64,000 nt of DNA from Pseudomonadota bacterium (GCA_036339585.1 JAYZAS010000004.1:254773-318772), one strand, 5' to 3'; numbered from the stretch's first letter, positions 38,189-48,243 are shown. The notes: generated from the sequence alone by a model not told the origin. Numbers and translations are program-made.

Positions 38189-39556
38189 ATGAGTATAAAA
38201 CCATTAACAATTGAAATTCCGTATCGCGAGCCTGTGGTTGCCTTTTCTCCTTTTGCGGCCAGTCCACATTCTATCTTCCTTGATTCGCCGGAAGGCTTAG
38301 GTCGCTACGCCTATTTTGCGCCAGCTCCAGAAGCGCTAGAGGTGGCCATAATAAACGGTTCAGACAACCCGTGGGACCGAATCAATGATCGATTAAACAA
38401 TATAACTCTAGACCCGATCGAGAATTTACCACCATTTCAAACGGGAATTATGGGATATTTGGGATATGAAATGGGTAGGCATCTCGAACGTATCCCCCCC
38501 CCTCCGGCAGACGGAACAAACCTTCCAGAAATGATTGTTGGAGCATATCATCTTGTGGCAGCTTTTGACACCAAAGCTAAAAAAGCTTGGGTGATTGCTA
38601 CCCCAACTCCCGGGAAAAGTGCCAGTTATACGGCTTGGCGAGCATCCACCTTTGCAAAGGGGATTGCCAATGGACCAAAAAGCTTACCAGTGCCAATGGC
38701 GCCATGTGGAAAATGGGAACCCGATTTTGTCAAGACTGAATACAACGCTAAAATTGAGGCGGCTATTGAATACATAAAAGCGGGTGACATTTTTCAAACA
38801 AATCTAACGCAACGGTTTTGTATTTCTCGACCCCCCGGAATCTCAGCTTTTGAGTTATATCTTATACTCCGAGCCAGAAACCCTGCTCCCTTTGCAGCAT
38901 TCATTAACTGCGGCCAAGGAAGAGCTGTCTTATCGGCATCACCAGAAAGATTTTTACAGCTCAAAGCTGACGGCTCAGTTGTAACTGAACCAATCAAAGG
39001 ATCACGCCCAAGAGGAGCAAACCTCGAAGAGGATCAACGGCTAGCAACCGATCTAAAATTAAGTGAAAAAGACATGGCCGAAAACCTCATGATTGTGGAT
39101 TTGCTTAGAAACGATCTTTCTAAGGTCTGCGAGATTGGGTCGGTGATGACACCGTCATTATTCAAACTTAAAAGTTTTGCTGAGATGCACCACCTAGTAT
39201 CGACGGTTACCGGTAAATTGAAAAAGTGTGAAAATTCTATTTCCCTTATGAAAGCATGTTTTCCTGGAGGGTCGGTCACAGGCGCGCCTAAAATTCGTGC
39301 TATGGAAATTATTAATGAGCTTGAGGCCACACGACGGGGGCCTTATTGCGGTGCCATCGGTTGGTTTGGCTATAATGGAGCCATGGATTCGAGTATCGTA
39401 ATACGTACATTAATTGTTGAAAAGAACTCTGTCATAGCTCAGGCTGGAGGGGGCATAGTAGCAGACTCCTCCCCCAAACTGGAATATGATGAAACTCTTC
39501 ATAAAGTGCGCGCTCTACTGAGATGTTTAGATCCGGAGGATCATAGCGAGTTGTGA
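38189..39556 (+). CDS. pabB: Aminodeoxychorismate synthase component I
   Basis: 455-aa ORF with chorismate-binding family motifs: GDIFQTNLTQRF, SPERFL, PIKGSRPRG, FPGGSVTGAPK and RGPYCGAIGW. Confidence 0.88.
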   Translation: MSIKPLTIEIPYREPVVAFSPFAASPHSIFLDSPEGLGRYAYFAPAPEALEVAIINGSDNPWDRINDRLNNITLDPIENLPPFQTGIMGYLGYEMGRHLERIPPPPADGTNLPEMIVGAYHLVAAFDTKAKKAWVIATPTPGKSASYTAWRASTFAKGIANGPKSLPVPMAPCGKWEPDFVKTEYNAKIEAAIEYIKAGDIFQTNLTQRFCISRPPGISAFELYLILRARNPAPFAAFINCGQGRAVLSASPERFLQLKADGSVVTEPIKGSRPRGANLEEDQRLATDLKLSEKDMAENLMIVDLLRNDLSKVCEIGSVMTPSLFKLKSFAEMHHLVSTVTGKLKKCENSISLMKACFPGGSVTGAPKIRAMEIINELEATRRGPYCGAIGWFGYNGAMDSSIVIRTLIVEKNSVIAQAGGGIVADSSPKLEYDETLHKVRALLRCLDPEDHSEL

Positions 39557-40356
39557 AATTTTGGTTTAATGGTGAAATTTTTGACACTGAGGACAAAGTT
39601 ATTGCAGTGGATGACAGAGCGTTCATGCTTGGCGATGGATTGTTTGAGACTGTTTTAGCTCGAGATAAAGTCCCACTGCGCCTCTCTGCTCATCTACAGA
39701 GACTTCGACAAGGAGCGGAATTAATTGACTTGCAAATAGGTATAAATAATGAAGAGTTATCCTCTGCCTTCGCTCTAGTATTAGACGCAAATAAACTAGA
39801 CGATGGAGTTCTGCGCCTCACTGTTAGTCGAGGTACTTGCCAACGTGGTCTTTTACCTCCCTCCCAAAATACACCATCTTTGGCAATAACAGTTAACCCA
39901 GTGCCCCCTTACAAAAGTGAGACAAACGCGATCATCTCTACCAGATTTCGAAGGGATGAATTATCTACTCTTTCGCGATGCAAAACGCTTAGCTATCTCG
40001 GTAATATCATTGCCCGCCAAGAGGCAGAGAGCTATGGAGCCAATGAAGCTTTATTGCTTAATACTCAAAAACGTTTAGCGGAGGCGACAATAGCCAATCT
40101 TTTCCTGGTGGTTGGCAATCGAATCTTCACTCCTCCTGTCACTGACGGCGCTCTACCTGGAATAATGCGTGGCGAGATCCTCGCCAAATTCGGAGCAGAA
40201 GAAAAGAAACTACCGGTAGATATCCTTGGTCAGGCAAGTGAAGGTTTCCTCACTAATTGCTTAGGGGTACGACCGTTGCTAAAGGTTGATGGGCAGACCA
40301 TCGGAAACGGTAGAATCGGACCTATAACTTCACACTTGAGGAGCATTTTACCCTGA
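39553..40356 (+). CDS. pabC: Class IV aminotransferase, probable aminodeoxychorismate lyase
   Basis: 267-aa ORF. Its 4-nt overlap with pabB suggests translational coupling. Fold-type IV motifs are present (DRAFMLGDGLFET, KTLSYLGNIIARQEA, EALLLN). The lyase assignment comes from context. Confidence 0.75.
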   Translation: MKFWFNGEIFDTEDKVIAVDDRAFMLGDGLFETVLARDKVPLRLSAHLQRLRQGAELIDLQIGINNEELSSAFALVLDANKLDDGVLRLTVSRGTCQRGLLPPSQNTPSLAITVNPVPPYKSETNAIISTRFRRDELSTLSRCKTLSYLGNIIARQEAESYGANEALLLNTQKRLAEATIANLFLVVGNRIFTPPVTDGALPGIMRGEILAKFGAEEKKLPVDILGQASEGFLTNCLGVRPLLKVDGQTIGNGRIGPITSHLRSILP

Positions 40357-40368
40357 CAGTTGGTGTTA

Positions 40369-41163
40369 TCACACACCCAACGCACCTATGGTAGGTGAAG
40401 ACCCACACAGTTTGCAGCCATCCTCACGCATAACTTTAAGTTTGGTAAACCGCCCATCCAGCCCGTTGTAAAGGACTAATTTGCCAGACAACCCTTCACC
40501 TATTCCAAGAAGTTCTTTTATGACTTCAGTCGCCTGCAAGGATCCCATAACTCCGGCAACAGCCCCGAAAATCCCGGCTTGCTCGCAGCGCGGCACAGTT
40601 CCAGGTGCAGGCGGACTTGGAAACAAACAACGATAACAAGGGTTTTTATCACCTGGAACAAAGGGTTTAAAAGTGGATAACTGTCCTTCAAAACGAAGCA
40701 ATGCAGCAGAAACAAGGGTTTTTTTGGAAAAGAAACATGCGTCATTCAATAAATAACGTGTGGTAAAATTATCCGAACCGTCAACAACTAAATCAAAGTT
40801 ATTTATCAGGTCGCTTGCATTATTGTTTGTCAATCTCATTCGGTAGGTCTCAACAGCAACCTCTGGATTAAGCTCAAAAATTGCTTCTCGAGCACTCATC
40901 ACCTTGGCCGTGCCTACACCCTCTTCACGATGGATTATCTGTCGTTGCAGATTACTTAATTCAACTTTATCAAAATCAATCACGCCTATCGTTCCAACCC
41001 CGGCTGCAGCGAGGTAAAGCAGCACTGGAGACCCCAGGCCACCGGCTCCCACAATAAGAACCCGAGAAGTCAAAAGCTTCTCTTGCCCTTGTACCCCAAC
41101 CTCGGCAAGAGCGGTATGTCTTGCGTAACGCTTTTCTTGGGATTTATTGAGAATCGTTACCAC
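40369..41163 (-). CDS. moeB: HesA/MoeB/ThiF family E1-like adenylyltransferase
   Basis: 264-aa ORF with RYARHTAL..VG..GQEKLLTSRVLIVGAGGLGSP, DFDKVELSNLQRQ, and the paired CxxC motifs CYRCLFP and CKLCG. No rhodanese domain. Confidence 0.85.
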   Translation of the reverse strand: MVTILNKSQEKRYARHTALAEVGVQGQEKLLTSRVLIVGAGGLGSPVLLYLAAAGVGTIGVIDFDKVELSNLQRQIIHREEGVGTAKVMSAREAIFELNPEVAVETYRMRLTNNNASDLINNFDLVVDGSDNFTTRYLLNDACFFSKKTLVSAALLRFEGQLSTFKPFVPGDKNPCYRCLFPSPPAPGTVPRCEQAGIFGAVAGVMGSLQATEVIKELLGIGEGLSGKLVLYNGLDGRFTKLKVMREDGCKLCGSSPTIGALGV

Positions 41164-41166
41164 AGG

Positions 41167-42136
41167 TTATAGCTCATCAAATAGTTGTGTTGAGAGATAA
41201 CGTTTTGCAAATGAAGGTACTATCACAACAACTCGTTTTTTTATCATTTCAGCTCTCCCGCATATTTCAATAGCCGCCGCTAAAGCAGCTCCTGGAGAAA
41301 TCCCAGCAGGAAGTCCTCCAAGCCGAGCGACTTGTCTTGCAGAAATAAAAGCAGACTCACTCGCAATAGTTATAACCTCATCAATTAGGGATTGGTCAAG
41401 AATCGGAGGTACAAATCCAGTCCCTATACCGTCAATTCTGTGACTACCTGGCGCTCCACCCGAGAGCACAGCACTATTTTCCGGTTCAACAGCGATAATC
41501 TTTATTTCTGGGTTACAAGCTTTCAATAAACGCCCGCACCCAGTCAATGTGCCTCCAGTGCCTACGCTTGATACAATCACATCTACTAACCCATCAGTAT
41601 CTGTCCATATCTCTTCGGCTGTTGTACGAGCGTGAATAGTGGTGTTAGCTTCGTTATGAAATTGTTGAGGCATTATTGCATTTGAATTATTTTCTATGAT
41701 TTCTTCAGCACGACGAATCGCTCCCGTCATGCCTTCTTTGGCGGGAGTCAATTCAAGTTCTGTCCCCAAAAAATTTAACATTTTTCTACGTGCCACTGAT
41801 TGCGACGCAGGCATCGTTAAAATTAAACGGTAGCCTTTTCTTGCGGCTGCAAAAACAAGCGCTATTCCAGCATCACCTGACGTTGGCTCACAAATATGCT
41901 TTCCGAGTTGAATCGGCCATCAGATTTAGGTGCCGAGAGCATTGCAATACCTATACGACCTTTTACGGAACCCATTGGGTTGAAAACTCGAGTTTCGCCA
42001 ACAGGCCCGAACCAAGACCTTTTTCCTAGGTAATACGTGAAAGCCTTACCAAGGGTGTTGCTCCAACAGAATCAAAGTTAAGGTCGTTGATACAACAGCC
42101 GGCCTCAAAGACGGACGATGATTTTTTGTTCGACAC
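41167..42136 (-). pseudogene. cysK: Cysteine synthase A (O-acetylserine sulfhydrylase) pseudogene
   Basis: Only the C-terminal 215 codons are open (41167..41814: MPASQSVARRKMLNFLGTELELTP...GTGGTLTG...SFAKRYLST). The N-terminal third is readable only by frame hopping. DSVGATPLVRLSRIT runs into an in-frame TAG at 42028-42026. EKGLGSGLLAKLEF then shifts frame in the T4 run at 41986-41983. NPMGSVKGRIGIAML...SESIFV then shifts frame near 41889. EPTSGDAGIALVFAAARKGYRLILTMP follows. The total span of about 970 nt equals a full-length CysK. Confidence 0.8.
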
Positions 42137-42234
42137 ACATCTGCGTTTATTATGCTTCAAAAGTTTACACGCATTTGTTCTCACACTCTAAACCATATCC
42201 AGCAAAGGCCGTTTTTCCCATGAAAAATTTAGTC

Positions 42235-42678
42235 CTAGATGGCAAAATCAATAGTTGCCGTTTGAGATTGATGAATTCCGGCCGAACGGGCTTGAGAACA
42301 CAAATCTTCAATGCTTAGGGCATCAAGCTTTTTAAAATAGTCCTCCTGAATTTCCTGCCAAATTGGGACGAGAACGCTAAGACCAATATCTGATTGAACT
42401 GGGGCCTCTAAAAGGCCAACATCGAGGTCAGCAATTATTCTTGCTATTTCCCCTCAAAAATCTTCTCCACTCACGAGCCAAACGATAACCTCCTCGCGGC
42501 CCTCGTACGCCCCGCAATATCACAGCACGGACCAAATACTGCAGAACCAGTTCGAGATAATGGCACGGTATACCCTGTCTATTTGCTATTTCACTTCGTT
42601 GTCTGGCCGGTCTGACGTCTTGTATGCATTATTTAGGACCGCTTCTATCGCAAACATCAATTTACGATTTACTTTCAG
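42235..42678 (-). pseudogene. Rrf2-family transcriptional regulator pseudogene
   Basis: There is no ORF of 60 aa or more, but three frames together spell a full Rrf2 protein. The first frame reads (L)KVNRKLMFAIEAVLNNAYKTSDRP, with a stop at 42588-42586. A frame change gives SEIANRQGIPCHYLELVLQYLVRAVILRGVRGPRGGYRLAR. A further frame change near 42470-42475 gives SGEDF, an in-frame TGA at 42456-42454, then GEIARIIADLD...VLVPIWQEIQEDYFKKLDALSIEDLC, with a stop at 42237-42235. The initiation codon position reads CTG. Confidence 0.7.
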
Positions 42679-42682
42679 TGAT

Positions 42683-43138
42683 TTAGCTCCGAATGCCGGT
42701 CGAACCAAACCCACGTTCGCCACGAGCCGTACTGGGCAAATCAGTTGTCTCATTCCAAGAAACTTGGTTTACAGGTGCAATTATCATCTGGGCAATGCGC
42801 ATACCATATTCGATTAAAAGGGCCTTATCGCCGTGGTTTATTAATATAACACTTATTTCACCACGGTAATCAGCGTCAATCGTTCCTGGCGCATTAAGAA
42901 CGGTTACCCCGTTTTTATGCGCTAGTCCTGAACGCGGGCGCACCTGGGCCTCGTAACCATGTGGCAGAGCTATAGCAAGTCCAGTAGGTATTAAGATACG
43001 TGAACCAGGAAAAAGTTCTAGCGGTGAATCAATTGCGGCCATCAGATCTACCCCTGCACTGCCGGAAGTAGCATATTCGGGCAGCGGTAATCCCAGTCCA
43101 TTTGGAAACCGCTTTATGGGAACTGTTATCGCGTTCAT
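42683..43138 (-). CDS. dut: dUTP diphosphatase
   Basis: 151-aa ORF with AGVDL, PRSGLA and [10 protein letters not shown], the trimeric dUTPase motifs. Confidence 0.95.
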   Translation of the reverse strand: MNAITVPIKRFPNGLGLPLPEYATSGSAGVDLMAAIDSPLELFPGSRILIPTGLAIALPHGYEAQVRPRSGLAHKNGVTVLNAPGTIDADYRGEISVILINHGDKALLIEYGMRIAQMIIAPVNQVSWNETTDLPSTARGERGFGSTGIRS

Positions 43139-44376
43139 ACTGCTTTAAAGAATGTGGCGACGCGATCTGCAATGGTTCGGGCCGCAGCTACTTTGCTCAT
43201 GCGCACCCAGTTCTCAACGGAATCAGCCTGCACAAAATGCAACTCATTATCTTCACCACCAAATATTCCCTTAGATTCAGAGACATCGTTAGCCAGCATC
43301 CAATCACAACCTTTTCGGGTACGCTTATCAATGGCATTTTCCACAACATCCTCGGTTTCGGCAGCGAAACCAACCACTAGCGCTGGACGCTTATTGTCGT
43401 CACGCTTGGCAAGCGCAGCTAAAATATCAGGATTTTTTTTAAGAGTAATAACCTGCTTATCTTCGTCAGACTTTTTGATCTTATGATCGGCCTGCTTTGC
43501 AATCCCCCAGTCCGCAACAGCGGCCGCACATATAGCAATGTCAACCGGAAGTGCTGACTCACATGCCTTAAGCATCTCAACAGCTGATTTTACATGCACA
43601 GTTTCAACACCCACCGGGTCCGCTAGCGCCACCGGACCGCATATCAGAGTAGTTTTTGCCCCAAGAAGAGCTAATGCACTCGCTATAGCATGCCCTTGTT
43701 TTCCTGATGAATGATTGGCAATGTAGCGTACTGGATCAATTGGCTCATGCGTTGGCCCACTGGTCACTAGTGCCCGACGGCCCTCTAGAGGCAAATTAAC
43801 ATTACCTTTACCCAATACAGACCCGACCTCTCCCACTATTTCATCAATGTTAGCCATGCGACCTTCCCCAAACTCACCACAAGCCATTGAGCCTACATTT
43901 GGCCCAACTTGAAACACCCCACGCCTTAGGAGTGTTTTCAAATTAGCACGTGTCGCTTCATGATCCCACATGCGCACATTCATGGCTGGAGCTATCATAA
44001 CCGGCTTGTTTGTCGCTAAAATTGCAGTAGTCGCCAAATCATCAGCTATACCGACTGCCATTTTTGCAATAAAATTAGCGGTAGCAGGCGCCACTAACAA
44101 CAAGTCTGCCTCACGGGAAAGTCGTATATGTCCCATCTCCAGCTCGTCTGTAAGTGAAAACAAGCCATCGTATACTTTTTGCCCTGACAATGCTGATAAT
44201 GAAAGCGGTGTCACGAATTCTGAGCCGCCCTGAGTAAGCACACATGTAACAGTGCAACCGCTTTCTTGAAGCCGGCGAATCAAATCTGGGGTCTTATAGG
44301 CCGCAATTCCACCGGGAATTATCAGTAGTATACGTTTTGCACTGGACAAAGCTAGATGCCTCGAAAATTGAACCAT
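43135..44376 (-). CDS. coaBC: Bifunctional phosphopantothenoylcysteine decarboxylase / phosphopantothenate--cysteine ligase
   Basis: 413-aa ORF. The N-terminal flavoprotein domain (GGIAAYK...[19 protein letters not shown]) is fused to a C-terminal CoaB domain ([24 protein letters not shown]). It overlaps dut by 4 nt. Confidence 0.95.
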   Translation of the reverse strand: MVQFSRHLALSSAKRILLIIPGGIAAYKTPDLIRRLQESGCTVTCVLTQGGSEFVTPLSLSALSGQKVYDGLFSLTDELEMGHIRLSREADLLLVAPATANFIAKMAVGIADDLATTAILATNKPVMIAPAMNVRMWDHEATRANLKTLLRRGVFQVGPNVGSMACGEFGEGRMANIDEIVGEVGSVLGKGNVNLPLEGRRALVTSGPTHEPIDPVRYIANHSSGKQGHAIASALALLGAKTTLICGPVALADPVGVETVHVKSAVEMLKACESALPVDIAICAAAVADWGIAKQADHKIKKSDEDKQVITLKKNPDILAALAKRDDNKRPALVVGFAAETEDVVENAIDKRTRKGCDWMLANDVSESKGIFGGEDNELHFVQADSVENWVRMSKVAAARTIADRVATFFKAV

Positions 44377-44528
44377 CGCTGTAATTTACAGTGTATGCGT
44401 GTTAATAGGAAATGTATTTTTCAAAAGCGATTTTGTGTTATGGAGCAAACCCAAAATTTAGCGTTATTCAAATAATAGTCTATTTTCAAATTTTACTAAT
44501 ATCAGAAATTGTAGGGTAAATGCTATTT

Positions 44529-46082
44529 TTACAGTATGCCCAACAAGTAGCCTGAAAAAAAAGACGCTGCAGAAAGAATAATTATACTGGTGATGAAAAA
44601 TGCAATTCGATACCTGTGGCGAGAACTAGAGAGGACAGACCAAAACTGCTCTTTATTTGCATCGCCAACAGCATTTTCCTCTGCACGCTGTAACAGTGCA
44701 TCCACGCGTGTAACCAAATGAGGCAATCGAAGGCAAAGTGATGAAAACTCCTCTACTCCCCCCAAAAGCCTAGCTTGCGGACCACGATTCCGTCGCATCC
44801 AACCTTCAATCAGTGGTCGGGCCAAAGCCCAGATGTTTGAGTCCGCATCGAGTTTCCGACCTACCCCTTCTGCAACCAGCATGTTTTTTTGCAACAAGAG
44901 TAGTTGCGGCTGAACTTCCATCTGAAAATCCTCTGCCGTCCTAAATAATCGAGCTAAGAGAACCGCGATTGATACTTGGTTCAATGGACGATCAAAAAGT
45001 GGCTCGGCGACCGCGCGCAAAGATAAAGCAAAAGAATCGCGTGATTGACTAGGTGGAACCAGACCTGCGTCAAAATGGATATCTGCAACCCTTTTGTAAT
45101 CCCTCTGCAAGAAAGCCATCAACATATCCGCCAGATAGAAGCGGGTCGCTCGGTCAAGACGTCCCATAATTCCAAAGTCGACTGGCACCAACGTGCCTTC
45201 AGGGGTTACAAACATATTCCCGGGATGCATATCCCCATGAAAAAAACCATCTCGAAACACCTGTTGAAAAAAAACACCGGCAGAAGTCTTTAAAATCTCG
45301 CGGCGATCAAGACCTAACTGGCTGATTTGCTCTACATCATCAATGCGAATACCGTCAATCCACTCGATGGTAAGCACTCGTTCACTAGTGCGATTCCAAT
45401 CCACTTCAGGCACCTTGAATCCAACATCGCCTGCTGTAGCTAACGCTAATTCCGAGGCTGAAGCGGCCTCTAACCTTAGGTCCAATTCGGTATGCACTAT
45501 GTCCTTAAACTGATTTACAACTGCCTTTGGCTTGTAGCGAGCAAAATTCGGCAGCATCGTTTCAACGGCGTTGGCTAACCAAATGAATAGATCTAGATCT
45601 TTAGCAAAAGCCGCCTCGACATCAGGTCGCAAGATTTTAACAGCGACCAATTGTCCGTCTACCGTCTTCGCTGAATGAACCTGCGCTATCGATGCTGCAG
45701 CTACTGGTTTAGGATTAAAGTGACTAAAAATTTTCTCAACTTTATCACCCAACTCTCGCTCTAAAGTTTCTATTGCTAGCGAGCCATCAAATGCCGGCAT
45801 ACTGTCTTGTAAGAGGGCAAGATCGTCCGCAGCCTTATCACCAATAAGATCCGAGCGAACGGCTAATGTTTGCCCAAATTTCACAAAACTCGGCCCTAGT
45901 TCCTGAAGGGCCTCGGCCAAACGATGGCCGAGCCCGCCGGGGTGGTCCCTACGTCGAAACAAAAAAAGAACAGCCCGCACGAAAATTGATTGTCTCTCTG
46001 AAGACGGCAAAACATTGTACCGACCGAGTACGCCTAGAACACGAATCAAACGAAAACAATTCACAAACGATCTTAACATCAT
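44529..46082 (-). CDS. ubiB: Ubiquinone biosynthesis regulatory protein kinase UbiB (ABC1/ADCK family)
   Basis: 517-aa ORF with LGPSFVKFGQTLAVRSDL, PVAAASIAQVH.A, VAVKILRP, FFHGDMHPGNMFV and C-terminal TM helices. Confidence 0.93.
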   Translation of the reverse strand: MMLRSFVNCFRLIRVLGVLGRYNVLPSSERQSIFVRAVLFLFRRRDHPGGLGHRLAEALQELGPSFVKFGQTLAVRSDLIGDKAADDLALLQDSMPAFDGSLAIETLERELGDKVEKIFSHFNPKPVAAASIAQVHSAKTVDGQLVAVKILRPDVEAAFAKDLDLFIWLANAVETMLPNFARYKPKAVVNQFKDIVHTELDLRLEAASASELALATAGDVGFKVPEVDWNRTSERVLTIEWIDGIRIDDVEQISQLGLDRREILKTSAGVFFQQVFRDGFFHGDMHPGNMFVTPEGTLVPVDFGIMGRLDRATRFYLADMLMAFLQRDYKRVADIHFDAGLVPPSQSRDSFALSLRAVAEPLFDRPLNQVSIAVLLARLFRTAEDFQMEVQPQLLLLQKNMLVAEGVGRKLDADSNIWALARPLIEGWMRRNRGPQARLLGGVEEFSSLCLRLPHLVTRVDALLQRAEENAVGDANKEQFWSVLSSSRHRYRIAFFITSIIILSAASFFSGYLLGIL

Positions 46083-46094
46083 TTCAACAAGTTT

Positions 46095-46853
46095 TTAAAC
46101 TCGCCAAGCGGAATGCAAGGCGACCACTCCACTAGACAGATCGCGCCATTCGACGCCACAAAACCCTGCACCCTCCATCATAAGTGCAAGTTCTGATTGG
46201 GTTGGAAAACGGCGGATACTCTCTACTAAATATCTGTAGGATTCGGCGTCTTTTGCTACCCATCTTCCAAGGGTCGGCAAAACGTTAAAAGAGTACATGT
46301 CATAAAGGTTGGCTAGCCAAGGCAACGTAACATGACTAAACTCTAGGCAAAGTAAATGGCCGCCTGGTTTCAGCACCCTCCGTGCCTCCCGAAGTGCCAT
46401 ATCTAGTCGGGTAACATTCCTGAGCCCAAATGCTACCGTATAGGAATCTGTGCTTCTGTCTTTGACCGGCAGTTGTTCCGCGTCGCCAACACACCAATCA
46501 CATCCGGTTAGGAATCCATGATTCAACGACCTATCACGACCTATGTTGAGCATGCTTTCATTTATGTCACATACTGTCACATTTCCCCCACCGGCCGATT
46601 TAAAACGCCTTGCAATATCCCCAGTGCCGCCCGCAACATCCAAAAGCGTCATCGATGAAGAGGGACGGAGCCAATCAATGAGCGCATTCTTCCAAAGCCG
46701 ATGTAAGCCCCCAGACATCAGGTCATTCATCAAATCGTAACGAGGCGCTACAGAATTGAAGACGGACCTGACCAGTCTGGTTTTGTCCTCTAGAGGGACA
46801 TCACGATAGCCAAATGAAGTCATATCTCGAGTTTTGTGCATGATCCGCCGCAA
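46095..46853 (-). CDS. ubiE: Ubiquinone/menaquinone biosynthesis C-methyltransferase UbiE
   Basis: 252-aa ORF with VFNSVAPRYDLMNDLMSGGLHRLWK, LDVAGGTGD and FGLRNVT. The start may be one of the internal Met codons (M5 or M11). Confidence 0.93.
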   Translation of the reverse strand: MRRIMHKTRDMTSFGYRDVPLEDKTRLVRSVFNSVAPRYDLMNDLMSGGLHRLWKNALIDWLRPSSSMTLLDVAGGTGDIARRFKSAGGGNVTVCDINESMLNIGRDRSLNHGFLTGCDWCVGDAEQLPVKDRSTDSYTVAFGLRNVTRLDMALREARRVLKPGGHLLCLEFSHVTLPWLANLYDMYSFNVLPTLGRWVAKDAESYRYLVESIRRFPTQSELALMMEGAGFCGVEWRDLSSGVVALHSAWRV

Positions 46854-46924
46854 ATCTTTTAAAAAATAAATACCATTAAATGGAACGATAGCCTACCGGC
46901 TTCAGTTTTGCTAGAAAAGCAATT

Positions 46925-47779
46925 ATGCCAGAATTACCCGAGGTTGAAACTGTGTGTGCCGGACTCAAGCCAGCTCTTGAGGGACAGAGGTTAGTTGGTA
47001 TCAAGCAAAGGCGCAAGGATTTGAGGTTTCCCCTTCCCACAAATTTTGTATCTACTTTATCAGGAAAAATTGTAAAAATGGTGCGCCGACGCGCAAAATT
47101 TATATTGATACACCTTGAGGGCGGCTTTGTCTTGATGATCCACCTTGGTATGTCAGGACGAATAACAATTTACCCCAACGATGTCCCCCCAGCAGGACGT
47201 CATGATCATATCGAATTTATAACCGAGAAAGGGGTCACAATCCGATATTGTGACCCCCGGCGGTTTGGCTTTATGGATCTATTTCCAGCCAGCATTTATG
47301 ACGAGCACCCCATGATAAGTCATTTAGGGCCCGAACCACTTACCGATGAATTTGATGTAATAAGTTTCAACAACAAGTTGAGCGGACGCAAGATACCCAT
47401 AAAAACTGCACTACTTGACCAGAAAATTGTTGCTGGACTTGGAAATATTTATGCGTGTGAAGCACTATTCAAGGCACGCATATCGCCCAGAAGGGTTGCG
47501 CATAACATCCCCGGCAAGCGATCGAAGAGGCTCGTAACAGCAATCAAAGATGTCCTACATGCCGCAATTACTGCCGGAGGATCTAGCCTTAAAGATTTTG
47601 CTGGGACCGACGGAAATCTTGGCTACTTCCAGACCCAATGGGCTGTGTATGGCCGAGCAGGGGAAAAATGTCGTTCCATTTGCTGCAGGCGTGATAGAAC
47701 CTTGTATTGTGAGAGAGTTATTAAGCGAATTGTCCAATCAGGGCGCTCTACTTTTTATTGTCCAAAGTGCCAACGGTAA
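46925..47779 (+). CDS. mutM: Formamidopyrimidine-DNA glycosylase
   Basis: 284-aa ORF with the N-terminal MPELPEVE, the H2TH region and a C-terminal zinc finger (YCPKCQ). Confidence 0.95.
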   Translation: MPELPEVETVCAGLKPALEGQRLVGIKQRRKDLRFPLPTNFVSTLSGKIVKMVRRRAKFILIHLEGGFVLMIHLGMSGRITIYPNDVPPAGRHDHIEFITEKGVTIRYCDPRRFGFMDLFPASIYDEHPMISHLGPEPLTDEFDVISFNNKLSGRKIPIKTALLDQKIVAGLGNIYACEALFKARISPRRVAHNIPGKRSKRLVTAIKDVLHAAITAGGSSLKDFAGTDGNLGYFQTQWAVYGRAGEKCRSICCRRDRTLYCERVIKRIVQSGRSTFYCPKCQR

Positions 47780-47790
47780 ACGTAAGAAAT

Positions 47791-48153
47791 ATGACTCAAA
47801 AAGTGTTTGTAATGCTTGGATTTATATCGATGTTGAGTGCATTAAATGCACATGCGAACCCTGGTGCTTTCCTACCCGGGTTTGAAGACATTCCCCTAAT
47901 GGCGGGTCTCAATCCTCAAAAGAATAAAGACTTTATGTTTGACACCCCAAGTGGCCGCATAATCGAAGAAACAGCTTTTGGCCAATCATCGAGAGCTCAA
48001 GTTACTCAATTCTACAATTCAACACTACCCGAGCTTGGCTGGAAAAAGATCGGTAATAGCATATTTGAGAGAGATGGCGAACGCCTTCATATTGAGTGTT
48101 ACGGCCAAGACGGAAACCTTTCTGTTCGTTTTACTTTAACACCGGACAAATAA
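47791..48153 (+). CDS. Hypothetical secreted protein
   Basis: The ATG at 47791, clear of mutM, gives the signal peptide MTQKVFVMLGFISMLSALNAHA and a 98-aa mature part. I recognise no family. Confidence 0.5.
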   Translation: MTQKVFVMLGFISMLSALNAHANPGAFLPGFEDIPLMAGLNPQKNKDFMFDTPSGRIIEETAFGQSSRAQVTQFYNSTLPELGWKKIGNSIFERDGERLHIECYGQDGNLSVRFTLTPDK

Positions 48154-48243
48154 TTATCCACGATTTTGGATGATAGAATAAAAGTTAGCCCAACACGTAA
48201 CCTTTAACACTGCCCAAGTTAGCGTCAGAGGAAATCAATAGAA

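Noticed and set aside
48154-48162. TTATCCACG, an 8-of-9 match to the DnaA box, just after the hypothetical gene at 47791..48153.
   Set aside because: It is a single isolated site with no neighbouring boxes or AT-rich unwinding element. Occurrence by chance is expected in 64 kb.
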